Assembly (NCBI RefSeq): GCF_001194135.2 | Contig: NC_068999.1 | Span: 990,935-1,054,934 of the forward strand | Reading direction: 5' to 3' | Length of the DNA stretch: 64,000 bases | From: Octopus bimaculoides | Taxonomy: Eukaryota | Shown: positions 41,932 to 54,253 of the stretch, piece after piece | How positions within the stretch are numbered: the first letter of the stretch is position 1 | Layout of the letters: every line of letters starts with the position of its first letter | Position numbers and translations under genes: made by a program | Notes under the pieces: generated by a model | Databases searched by the model: none | Seen by the model: the letters and a program-made list of their open reading frames with translations, nothing else | What the model was told of the DNA's origin: nothing

Positions 41932-42937
41932 GATATATATATTTATATAGATAGCTAGATAGATATATACATAGCTAAGTATGTATTCTTACATAAATGT
42001 ATATATTCAGGTACATATACATGTATGTACGTATAACGAACCAATACATTTGAGGTGCATTATATAATACGATATAGGGTTTATAAGGATAAAAATTTTG
42101 CACCAGTCCTACCTGGCAACGTATTTAATCTTTACTGGGTTTGAATATATTCTGTCTAACCAAGTCAGACAGCTTTATCTCTATTAACCACTGTTTATTG
42201 AGAGAACATTGCGTTCCAAACATCCGGCTCAGATCAAATGTCTGCTCATAACTTGTTCCTTTCCTTCCATCTGCCTCAGATATTATTCAAAATCAAAGTG
42301 TGGGGAGATGAAAGGTTTCCCCTCAAACAGCGAGATACAAAAATGAAGCGAAAGAATGACATCAAGAGAGTAAATTTTGAACAACGAATGACTATTGAAT
42401 CACAAAATCTTTCCTTGGCGGATTGTTTGTGCTATCTACAATGGAACTTTCTCTCCTCTCTCCTCTCTTTATATCTCTCTTCCTCTCGCATTTTTCTCAC
42501 AATTGACACAGTAAACATTACAAAAAGCTGTATACATATCCAGACGTAATCAATGGAACTTTCCCAATGTTTCTGTAAAATATGCATTGAAACACTTCTT
42601 CTGAGCAATACTGAATATCTCTAATTATTTCTCATTCAGGATTGTATACAGTGGCAAATAAAACTATATGTTGTGGATACAGTTTTCGCAAATGTTTTGT
42701 ATACGCTGTTGCTCCCATAATTCCCGTATAGGTCTCGTTATTCTCTCATATGATACACAGGCTCACACACATACATACATATATGTACATACACACACAC
42801 ACATATATATATATATATAGACATACATATATACACAAACATATATACATATATATACCTACACTCATATACATGTGTATTTGTCTTTATATGTGTGTGT
42901 ACGTATATATATGTTTATATATGTATATATACATGCT

Positions 42938-43019
<82 letters not shown>

Positions 43020-43084
43020 CATATATATAGGAGAATATACAAAAAATAACAACAGACGAGGACAGGTGGTGTAAATAACAAAAG

Positions 43085-43190
43085 TATATATTAGTATGAC
43101 GCTCGGGAATACGGAAAGTCTTTGACGTTTCGAGCTACGCTCTTCAACAGAAAGAATACGGAGACAAGGAGAAAAACACGGAGAAAAAAA
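43085..43190 (-). mobile_element. Penelope-like terminal fragment carrying a minimal HHR
   Basis: Contains the 43119-43155 motif; ends in an AT-rich flank. Confidence 0.5.
43119..43155 (-). ncRNA. Minimal type I hammerhead motif
   Basis: TCTTT-CTGTTGA-A-GAGC(GTA)GCTC-GAAA-CG-TC-AAAGA: helices I and II intact, GUC site, palindromic ACGT helix III. A6->U and an extra A deviate from the consensus core. Confidence 0.55.
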
Positions 43191-43237
43191 AATACATATA
43201 TATATACATATATATACATACAAACATNNNNNNNNNN

Positions 43238-43270
<33 letters not shown>

Positions 43271-43825
43271 ATTACTAGATGGTGTATTCTATAATATTCG
43301 TTGCATTCTCTCATTCACGAGCAGGGCTAGTAATAATATGATATTCTGGGAATGCTCTGTTTATAATATACATTCATTCTCTTATTCAGGAATATGTTCC
43401 CTAATAATATAGTATGAACTTATGTGGTTTTCATCAATATTCCTTTATTTAGGAATAACGGTTGATAATATGTTATATCAGCTATGCACTATTCATCGAT
43501 ATTACCACTTTTATTATCATATTTTCTTTTTTATTTTAGTTGTGTTACATCTTGCAGCATGTCCATATTGTAACAACTCATTCGAGGGCTTTTTTGTAGA
43601 ATATAACGACCCCAGCTTTTCATTCCCATTCTGCATCTATGTACGTATGTAGGAATATATATATTAACATATATATTGGTTTGTAGCAATAATTAGATTA
43701 TGTCCATAGCTAGATTCATCCACGTATGTTCCATTTTGTTCCAGTACATTTTGATTTCTTAGAGTAAGATTTATTATCCCATCATCCACGAACTTGGATA
43801 GTGAAGATGATGATGATGATGATGT

Positions 43826-43859
<34 letters not shown>

Positions 43860-45685
43860 AGGTAAGAATACGAATAAGTATAAAATAAATGCGATATCAA
43901 ATATTTGTACATGCATACAATTTTCGAATACCTTCATTACTGGACAACCGGAAGCTACGGTGGAACGGATCTCGAAACAGCTGATTGTGAGGTGAACTTA
44001 TTAACCCCTCCGCTCCTTTAGGGACTTCGTTTCCCATAGTACAATCGGCAATGTAACTTCACCTTGCTTCATTTACAAATTAACAACAAACCCCGAACGT
44101 TATATCATATGTGTATTGCTTCCGGTCATTAACCTTACGAGATTATTTGGACCTCTCACCAATTAACTGTCGATTATTATTAACACCTCATGTTGATTTA
44201 ATTCACAGAAATAACTCGTTAATATTCTTACCAGCCTAGGACAACACTGTGTTATTTATATTCCCAATATTGCCATGTAATATCAATATTCGATACAAAT
44301 ATAGAGTAGTTGTTGTTTTCTTTGTTTGTTTGTCTCGTTGGTTGGTTGGTTGGTTGACTGATTCCAGCAATCACACTTTACAATCTATAGATTGAAAGAT
44401 GGAGATGATGTATAAGATACATAGGGAGGGAAACATAGTTAAAATGAGAGTTGCAGGATGACTGCCTAATAACTTTGTAACAGGAATTTGTTTTGAACAA
44501 TGACTATATTTACACCGGTAGAAATCGCACCCCTTATTTAGAACTAAATATTTGCACTGGATTTTGTTATACATGGGGTGGTCATATTTTGCCAATATAA
44601 CACATGCTCTACATACTTGGGCTTCACTTCAATTTTATTATTAATATTATTTTAGTTTCATTGTCACAAAAGAAACTAAAATGACATGAAGACCAAATGT
44701 ATGGTGTGTGTGTTTCATTGGCAAAATATGACCTTCCCCAAGTATAAAAATATATGTTTCAATACACGATTCCACGTCAAAAATCTTCCAAAACAAATAC
44801 AGAATCATAATATTTGTACAAACATTTTTGACTTCGAAAACAAACTTGATATCAGTTTCCCTCTGTGTATGTTAAACACAATGTCAAAGGTAGTGTAACA
44901 TGTACACGACTAAATTCAGTATATTTTAAAGCAATAATTACTGGTCTTGTTGTGAAATAGCGTCCATTCCATCATTTTGTATAAGCTCCAAGAAATTAGA
45001 TAAAAATTAAATGATAAGTATTGTGTGTTTGCCATATTTCCTTATTAATGTTTCTGGCAGCAAAATCCCGTATTGAAAGATACTGGTAAAACTCTTAATT
45101 GTATTATAAAACATACTTTTAGTTTGTAGTCATTGAAACCAACTTCCAGTCATCCACGAGACAATAATCTAAGAGGAGATAATGAAGGACGAAAATAATC
45201 CGAATTTGCCACGCATCTAAGTTAATAAATCGAAACAGGAACCGTTGCCATTGCTTGTAAGATCAATGTATTTAAAACCAAAAAAAAAAAAAAAATCCCA
45301 GAAGAAAAAGAAAAACAAAAACAAACGACGTCAACGTCCGTGTGACTGATTGCTTATCAGAGCTAATGAGGTTGTTTCGATAAGAACAATGGAACTAACT
45401 AGCGATGTCAAGCATTAGCCATGTCGTAATACGGCAACACATTGAAAAGTAACAACAACAACAACAAAAAAACTATTTTACTTGGCGACAATATCAAATT
45501 TGATAAGTGTCAACGAAATTAGCTAAGATCGAACATGAGCGCAGATTCGATGCAAACGTCTGCAAGAATATTGTTAATTATCTCACCGTTTCCAATAAGC
45601 AGAATATATAATAATTTGCACCAATGCCAACACTGGTAATTGCTCCATTTTCCAACCCCAACTTAGCTTGTAACCTACTTAAACA

Positions 45686-45727
<42 letters not shown>

Positions 45728-45988
45728 TGCGCGCGCGCGCGTGTAGGCATGCTTCTATGGCTCTATGTATTTTTGTATATATTTACATGTACAAACTCAC
45801 ACACATCTACATATACACACATACATGCATACATATGTACCTACCTGATTACCAAACATACATACATACAAACATGCATACATATACACACACATACATG
45901 CATGCACATACATATTCATATATGCACATAAACAACTCAAAGCGAAACATAATCTTCGCTAGTATTCGGGTGTTTACGCTTCCTAGTC

Positions 45989-46041
45989 GCTGATACATGT
46001 TGTACATGTTGCTGATACATGTTGTACATGTTGCTGATACA
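45989..46041. repeat. 22-bp tandem repeat x2.4 (gctgatacatgttgtacatgtt)
   Basis: Direct reading. Confidence 0.9.
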
Positions 46042-46152
46042 ATGGTGTTCCTATTTTCCTACCGTGTGTTTCTGTTCATGTGTCTCTCTCTTTCTCCCTC
46101 CATATCTCTCTCTCCCCCTCCCTACATCTCTCTCTCTGTCTCTCTCTCTCTG

Positions 46153-46184
<32 letters not shown>

Positions 46185-46562
46185 AACATACATACATACA
46201 TACATACATACATACATACATACATACATACATAGATATACAAATATATAATACACTCTATATGCAAACATTTGATGATATGAAAAGGTCAATGTAAAGG
46301 TCAGATTTTGTTGTATTCTGATCGCATATGTAAACTTTATGGGTTTTTTTTTACTTTGTCTTTTTTTATTTGATTTCGTTTTATTTTAGTTCTTTTTTTA
46401 TTCCATTATATTTTATCCTTGCTTACTTTATCTTATTCTTTACATGACAAGGATTATCTCATTGTATTTCAGTTCCTTATGGAGACGGATAGCATGCTAC
46501 ACTAAAATGTATTGTTGTGGAAATAAAAGAAATAGAAAGGGAAAAACGAAGTCGCCTTTCAA

Positions 46563-46705
46563 CGTTACCTGTGGGGATTCATTTGCACCTGTGGTGCATG
46601 AAAGTTGTATAGCATCTCATCTTTGAGGTACTGGTGCATGATGTGTCGAAACGATCGTAGTTATTCTCAATAAAATCGCGTGAATTCCACTTTCTATCTC
46701 CCATC
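46563..46705 (+). mobile_element. Decayed Penelope-like tail with HHR remnant
   Basis: gttac-CTGTGGG...tcatttgcacc..ggtgcatga...tc-GAAA-CGATCG-TA-gttat; the catalytic core is mutated. Confidence 0.35.
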
Positions 46706-46787
46706 ATTATCTATCTATCTATCTATCTATCTAGCTGTCTGTCTGTATAATTATCTGTCTCTCTATTTCTCTCTATACACACACACG

Positions 46788-46887
<100 letters not shown>

Positions 46888-47779
46888 CAGACCGACAGAC
46901 AGATAGATAGATAGATAAATATTGTATATAAACTATAGATATATAAGCATATATGCATATGTATATATATAAGCAAACACACACATACATGAGCACACGC
47001 GCGCGCATACGCACACACGCACGCACAAAGACACAGGAATACATTTAATACATATTCGCGTATGTGCTTCTCTGTGTGCCTGTTAGTGTGTCTACGGCTC
47101 TGCAGTGGCGTGCAAGTGTGCGTTCATGTATGGCAATGCAATCCTGAGGACGACGTTGAGAGAATGCATGCATGCTTCCTACAGAAGCACATAAGTATGT
47201 GGTGTGCATGTAAGCATGCACCTGCACACACAGACACACATGTGCATTATAAATACGTGCATGTGTGCGGGGAATGTGTGGGTTTGTGTGTCAGAGAGCG
47301 CAAGATGAAAACCTATAATTAATAAATGGAGATTTTCCCTCACTGAACATTCCTAATATCAACTTCGCTCCACATTAATCATATCCTCAACTTCTTTTTG
47401 ACGTTACCATTCTCTCCCTTCCTCACACTACGCCTCATCTACCTCCCACACCTCCTCCGTCTCTTTCATATTCCCTACCTGATTATTCACTTTTCTTCTT
47501 GTGTCTTTTTCTTTTCTATTTCCTCTTTCTCTTCCTATTTTCACAACTCACACACGTTGCCAGATTAAATTGAGGAACCGAATTATATATCACTGCAAGA
47601 ATAATGAGATAACAATGTCTCTGTCACGACGCATGCAAATATGACAGTGTAAGACACAAGAAAGAAATACACACACACATCCCAGCTAACGTTCTTGCAT
47701 TTATACATACCTACACATCTATGTGTGTGTGTGTGTGTATGTTTGTGTGCATGCGTGTATATGTATGTAAATTTGTATG

Positions 47780-47862
<83 letters not shown>

Positions 47863-49420
47863 CTACACATATACATATATGTAATGATGTTTAGATACAC
47901 ACAACTCATGGAAGTGCTTAGTTGCATAGTTAGAAGATTAACTGTTCAAATCGGCTTCTCATATGCACATATATACATAGATCTCGGGGAAAAAAATGCA
48001 AAATACAGGACAAAAAATAGAGTTTATTAAAACTAGTGTACAAAATTTCTCACCAAATTAGCGGATTAGTCACTGAAGTCTTACTTGTGTCGCAGTACAA
48101 TGACAAAATATTAGAAAGTTATTCGTTGCTATTGACAATACAAGCTAATCTTCAAAAGAGAAAAAAAATACAGCATGAACGAAACTACAAATGACTGTTG
48201 ACACGTTACCTGAGGCAAAGAAAAAAGTTTTGATTTAAAATCTGTAAAATTAAAGAAGCCACGTCATCGCAAAATTTCTTCAATTCATGGAAGGAGATTG
48301 CGAAGATCTGGAAATGTATCAATAGGAAATGGTTCTAAAATAAATGGCATAGGTGAAAAAAACCTGTTAAGAATAAAATAAAGTCGAGGCACAGTCTTTT
48401 TCACATTAAACACAAACACGCGCGCACACGTATACGTATGTTTGTGAGGGCGTGTGTGTCTGTATGTAGCGTGTTTTTGTTTGTATATACGTATAGATAT
48501 AAATGACTGTGTATATACGTATGTACACAGAGAGAAACACATGCACACACAAACAGAAATGCATTTGCCATTAGTGACGGAGGGAGTATTAGTACGGAAA
48601 CACTGTATCTTACATAACGTGGATATATGAAACGGAAGACGCAAAATTGTGGCATTCATATTGCGCAGGAATAGAAGCAGAAAAGTATCAGTTGTAGCAC
48701 AGGCATCACCTGATTTCTGCATTTGGGCGTCATCAGTAGAAAGTATCCTTTACTACTGTAAATAGAGGATGTCATTTCTACTTCTAGAAAAACGTGGAAT
48801 TAATTTCAACAATAATATTGATTTATTGATGGTTATGATAATAAATATTCATAATCGCGCAAACGGCAAAAAGTAAAGACAACTAAAAATATTTCCTGTA
48901 TCTTTTCAAAAGAATTTCCTTTTCCTCCTCTCCCTATAACTCTTAAAATATATTTACACACTCACTCATCTTGGTAGAGTCAATCCATGCACACGACTCT
49001 CATTCACTGATATTCAACGTTAAATATTGACGCCATATTAGTAATGCCACTACAACACAAAACATCAGGTGGTATCATTGACGGATTCCTTTGAATAGCA
49101 ACTTAAATATCACGATGCCAGTTGGTCAAGTCATGTTCGTGATGGATTATATGAAATGTCATTTGTTAGTGTATTTAACACTAATTTCCTCTGTCTATTT
49201 ATTACTGACTCAGCTTACTTAAACATCAATGCGTTGCACTTCCCGCATTACTCCTCCACCATACCCCTGTTTGGTTTTCCCGTGTTTTTTTTGTTTTTTT
49301 TTCGCAGATCTCCGCTTAATTACAAAGCTCTCAGAAGGAGGTATTTTTTATTTTCGTTGTTTCAAATTTGTACGTATGTATCGGGAAGACTATACAACAC
49401 GCACTATTTTTACTACTATT

Positions 49421-49640
49421 AAGGCGACGAGCTGACAGAATCGTTCGCGCGCTGGACGAACTACTTAGCAGTATTTCGTCTGTCTTTACGTTCTGAGTTC
49501 AAATTCCGCAGAGGTCGACTTTGCCTTTCATCCTTTTGGGGTCGATAAATTATGTACCAGTGAAAGACAGGTGTCGATGTCATCGACTAGCTCCTTCCCC
49601 ACAAATTCCAGGCCATGCGCATTTAGTAGAAATGATCATA
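49421..49640 (+). mobile_element. SINE family A, near full length, with (TTA)n tail
   Basis: aaggcgacgagctgacagaatcgtt...tacgttctgagttcaaattccgcagaggtcgactttgcctttcatccttttggggtcgataaa...gtagaaatgatc followed by (TTA)n. Confidence 0.88.
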
Positions 49641-49658
49641 TTATTATTAATATTACAC

Positions 49659-49699
<41 letters not shown>

Positions 49700-49709
49700 N
49701 NNNNNNNNN

Positions 49710-49752
<43 letters not shown>

Positions 49753-50457
49753 ACTTTCTCCTCCTGTGTAGCGGGCTGACTGCCTGCAGTCTACAGTACC
49801 ATGTTTTCGTGCTTTTCCGCTTAATACTTTCAAACGGGTCGAACCGAAACTATGCCAGCAAAACGATGGCGCTCCTTTTCTTCGAACTGCAGCAGCGTAA
49901 AACGAAATGTCTTCATCAAGGAGAGAACATGTAGCCTTTTCCAAGAATTCAGTCCACATCTTAATATTCATGAGCTGAATACCTCATCCAATGACTACTC
50001 ATGTTCAGACACACACTTCCATACATATATAAACGTATACACATAATACCTATCTATCTATCTATTTATCTCTCTCTCCCCATATATATATANNNNNNNN
50101 NNNNNNNNNNNNNNNNNNNNNNNNNNNNNNNNNNNNNNNNNNNNNNNNNNNNNNNNNNNNNNNNNNNNNNNNNNNNNNNNNNNNNNNNNNNNNNNNNNNN
50201 NNNNNNNNNNNNNNNNNNNNNNNNNNNNNNNNNNNNNNNNNNNNNNNNNNNNNNNNNNNNNNNNNNNNNNNNNNNNNNNATATATACAGTGACAAGCTAA
50301 GTCTCTAACAAGTCTTTCTTCCTGATACCTTAGTAGCTTCTAAGCTGAAGTGAAGACAGCATGTGTTTTTTTCCTATCTCCTTACCTTCTTGGAAGTTTT
50401 AGGTAAAATCATACTAATGCGCCCATCTGTTTTAATTTAATTTAATTCTATGTATTT

Positions 50458-50578
50458 ATGCAGCTGAAGATTGTTCTGCTTTTAAATTGATGTAATGGCT
50501 GTATTGATCAATTAAATGGAGTCGCTTGAAACGATCGTACTGCATTAGCTCTGAATATCTTGTTGCTTATTTTGATTA
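50458..50578 (+). mobile_element. Diverged single copy of the HHR-bearing tail found in the 28-kb palindrome
   Basis: ATGCAG-CTGAAGA-tt...tt-GAAA-CGATCG-TA-CTGCAT...tgttgcttattttgatt aligns with 28404-28530. Confidence 0.7.
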
Positions 50579-51331
50579 TATATATCTATATATATATACA
50601 AACATACATATATACAGATTCCATAAAAAAAAAAACATTACCTGCTTCAAAAGCCAATTTTTGCAATCAGCTTGCTCGATATATGCATCGATTACAGGAT
50701 TTTGATCCTATTTTCACCTAAGATGAAAAATGTACTTGAACTAAAGAAACGAGTAACACTTGCAACAGAACCCACATACATACACACACCACACCACCAC
50801 CACCACCACCACCATCTGCACAAGCAGCACCGGCAGCGGCAAACTTCGTCGTAGAGTCACTGACCCCTACTCTGTCATGAAATGACTGTACCCTTCTTAT
50901 TCAACGTTCAACATTATTTTTCGTTTATTCTCAACTCCAACAGAAAGTGCAGTATATTACACACCGTTTTCTTTCTGGTAATTTACTTCTGAGACGCTTG
51001 GTGTCAGCTTAATCAGGTATTTTCACACCGAGAAAGATGTTTCATTTAAAACAACCTGCTGCCATAATGAAAGTATTCGCTGTAGGCAAATTAGAAGGCG
51101 CCTGGCACGAAATGCATGCAAACTGAAAAATAAATGTGCATATTTTCATACTCATAAACCCACACATGAATAAATACATCCATATGCACACAAACACACT
51201 CCCACACAAACGAACACAAAACACTTACGCACAAACATATAGGCATATATACGCATACAGGTATATACATATACATGTAAATGCCTACATATACATAGAT
51301 AGATATATACGCATGTAAATATATGTGCGTG

Positions 51332-51397
<66 letters not shown>

Positions 51398-51400
<3 letters not shown>

Positions 51401-51653
51401 GGTGTCCCAAACCTCACTGATGGGTTTCAGTTTCTAATAACTTCCTTAACTTCACAAATAAATGCATGAAATGTTGATACAATATAAAGGGCATAATGGA
51501 AGTTAATATACACAAGATCATGCCCGTGATCTTTCCAAAACTTGTACCATAACACTCTCAAGAGTCTCAGACTACACTTCCTTCAGACCTCACCTCCTTC
51601 AGTTGTACCAGCGTCTCCCGTTTGTTGACGTAAACGCTCACTTTCTGGTATCC
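51398..51653 (-). mobile_element. Inverted 3' end of a Tc1/mariner-superfamily element (with TIR)
   Basis: Reverse complement aligns with 51842-52119 (GY.K..VYVNKR..LVQLKE). Begins TA|CATGGTGTCCCAAA after an (AT)n tract. Confidence 0.75.
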
Positions 51654-51654
51654 G

Positions 51655-52119
51655 TGATTGAGACCATTTTGCGCCCGGCCATTCAAAGTAGACCTCACAC
51701 ATGGTTCCAACAGGATGGAGCAACTGCTCATACCGCAAGAGAAACAATGCATTTGCTATGGCAATGCTTTGGAGAGAGAATAATCTCTGCTACGGACCTT
51801 CATTTTCCCCACACTTGACTCGCCCAGATGTTTTTGTGTGGGGATACCTGAAAGAGAGGATTTACATCAACAAACGCGATGTTCTGGTGCAATTGAAGGA
51901 GAACATCAATAGAGAAATCAGAGAAGTGGGGCCTGAAACTCATGAGGGCGTTATCGCAGAAGTTTGAGAAAGAGCGCGGGGATGCGGAGCCGAACATGGG
52001 TGCCATTTACGTGATCCGATTTTTTTATATACGATGTAGTAGTTTTGTAACTTATGACCTGTGTATATTAATGTCCATCATGTCCTTTATATTCTATCAA
52101 AATTTTATGCGTTTATTTG
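51655..52119 (+). pseudogene. Decayed Tc1/mariner-superfamily transposase C-terminal half (WFQQDGA...PDxFxWGYLK type)
   Basis: WFQQDGATAHTARETMHLL.QCFGERIIS, then a frameshift, then PDVFVWGYLKERIYINKR..L.QLKENINREI; these are the second and third catalytic Asp motifs. Confidence 0.85.
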
Positions 52120-52129
52120 AGCTGTCCAC

Positions 52130-52400
52130 TTTTTGAGCTGACCACTCACTGGTCGTTTTCCCACCAAACCTTTCGTTGATATCGCAGGCAGTTTCAGCTG
52201 CCTTACGTCCTTTTTTGGAGTTGAGTAGCAAAATTGCTCGGATATCGCGCTTTGACGGTTCCATTTCAGATGATTGTAACAACGGTGAAAAAAATATCAA
52301 TGTTAATTTATTGATACATTTGGGCAAGTCTGTGTCTGTATTATCAGACAATTGCAAATAAATGTAAAAAATTCAAAACCCTGCAGAAATCCGTAAAAAT
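52130..52400 (-). pseudogene. Mariner transposase N-terminal HTH fragment
   Basis: MEPSKRDIRAILLLNSKKGRKAAETACDINERFGGKTTSEWSAQK resembles the mariner N-terminus (R..LLYEFK.G..AAETARNIN..FG..T.SER.AQ.W). Confidence 0.8.
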
Positions 52401-52511
52401 TCTTCATCGTTCAAAACGTTGCTTACTTTATACTCAAGTTCATCCACCCACACTCACACACACAAACACACACGCACACGCACACACACACACAGACACG
52501 CACACACACAC

Positions 52512-52608
<97 letters not shown>

Positions 52609-53229
52609 TGGTCAAAAACTATTTTTTATCTTTTATGCGTGAATTCTTTTTGTCTGTATTTCTAAGAGTCAAATTTCGCGCAATTTGCCATGTAACTTCT
52701 TATGGTGTGATGGATATTAAGTTCTATATTGCATATACACAACGGCACACACACTTATATTCATATGTATGTACATATTAAGATATCATATGTACACGGA
52801 CGTAACAGTATGTATATATAAATAAATATATGTGTGTGTGTGTGTGTGTGTATGTGTGCGTGCGCGAATGTGTATGTGAGTGTGTGTCCGTGTGTATGTG
52901 TGTACGTGTTCGTGTGTGCGTTTGTGTGTGCGTGTGTGTGTGTATGTGTGTGTGTGTGTGTGCATGAAAGCCGCGTGGATACGTTATCTTTTCTTCAGAA
53001 CGGCTATCATTGACATAACGTCGCCATTATCGTCTAAGTAAGATAAAGTAGATTAGTCAGCCATTTATTTATTTTTTTTTTCTAGCTTATTCCCAATATA
53101 GCTGAAGGGAAATGTTATTTATGAACTACTTACTTTAATGAAATATATTTCATTTAGCCAATAATCCTCCGTAGGTAATTAAGTGTACTTGTATATGATT
53201 TGATGTACGTGATGATGGATATATCTACG

Positions 53230-53285
<56 letters not shown>

Positions 53286-53989
53286 GTGTGTCTGTCTGTC
53301 TGTGTGGTTACATGTATGCGTGATAGTGTTGTGTAAAGTCTTGATTGCTATGGATCAGGTGCAATGATAATGAATGTCTTACGCGTATNNNNNNNNNNNN
53401 NNNNNNNNNNNNNNNNNNNNNNNNNNNNNNNNNNNNNNNNNNNNNNNNNNNNNNNNNNNNNNNNNNNNNNNNNNNNNNNNNNNNNNNNNNNNNNNNNNNN
53501 NNNNNNNNNNNNNNNNNNNNNNNNNNNNNNNNNNNNNNNNNNNNNNNNNNNNNNNNNNNNNNNNNNNNNNNNNNNNNNNNNNNNNNNNNNNNNNNNNNNN
53601 NNNNNNNNNNNNNNNNNNNNNNNNNNNNNNNNNNNNNNNNNNNNNNNNNNNNNNNNNNNNNNNNNNNNNNNNNNNNNNNNNNNNNNNNNNNNNNNNNNNN
53701 NNNNNNNNNNNNNNNNNNNNNNNNNNNNNNNNNNNNNNNNNNNNNNNNNNNNNNNNNNNNNNNNNNNNNNNNNNNNNNNNNNNNNNNNNNNNNNTATATA
53801 TATATATATATATATATATGCAAACACACATATATGTGCATACATTTATAGGCATGCATTAATGCCTTTAATATGCCGGTTGAGAGTTCTGATCCTTTCG
53901 GCGTGTTTTTCAATTTACCGTAGATCGCCAAATGCTGTAAAACGCTGCTTCATATTGACGCATATATGTATGTAAGTATGTATGTATAG

Positions 53990-54018
53990 AGCAGCGAGCT
54001 GCCAGAACCGTTAGCACG
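53990..54018 (+). mobile_element. SINE family A 5' stub interrupted by mariner
   Basis: gcagcgagctgccagaaccgttagcacg stops at the TA preceding the mariner end. Confidence 0.6.
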
Positions 54019-54020
54019 TA

Positions 54021-54253
54021 TATTGGGTTCCCGCCGTTTTTTTTTTTAATTTAAACTTTTTGAAAGGTTTAATAAAAAATAATAACTCATTAATCATTGA
54101 TGTATCCACCCTTGTTGTTTCCAACTCCTTCTCAACGTTCAAGGAGATCTTCAACACCTCGTTGGTAGAAATCACTCGATTTCAACTCGAAAAATTGATC
54201 CAACCAAACTCTCAGTTCTGCATCAGTATTGAACGAAACTCCGAGCATAGCAT
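54021..54253 (-). pseudogene. Mariner transposase C-terminus and 3' terminal region
   Basis: AMLGVSFNTDAELRVWLDQFFELKSSDFYQRGVEDLLER*EGVGNNKGGYIND* followed by aaaaacggcgggaacccaata|TA. The plus ORF 54060-54365 is its antisense. Confidence 0.85.

Noticed and set aside
48735-48782. 48-nt hairpin as a pre-miRNA
   Set aside because: Too short and bulged, and no match to conserved bilaterian miRNAs I recall.
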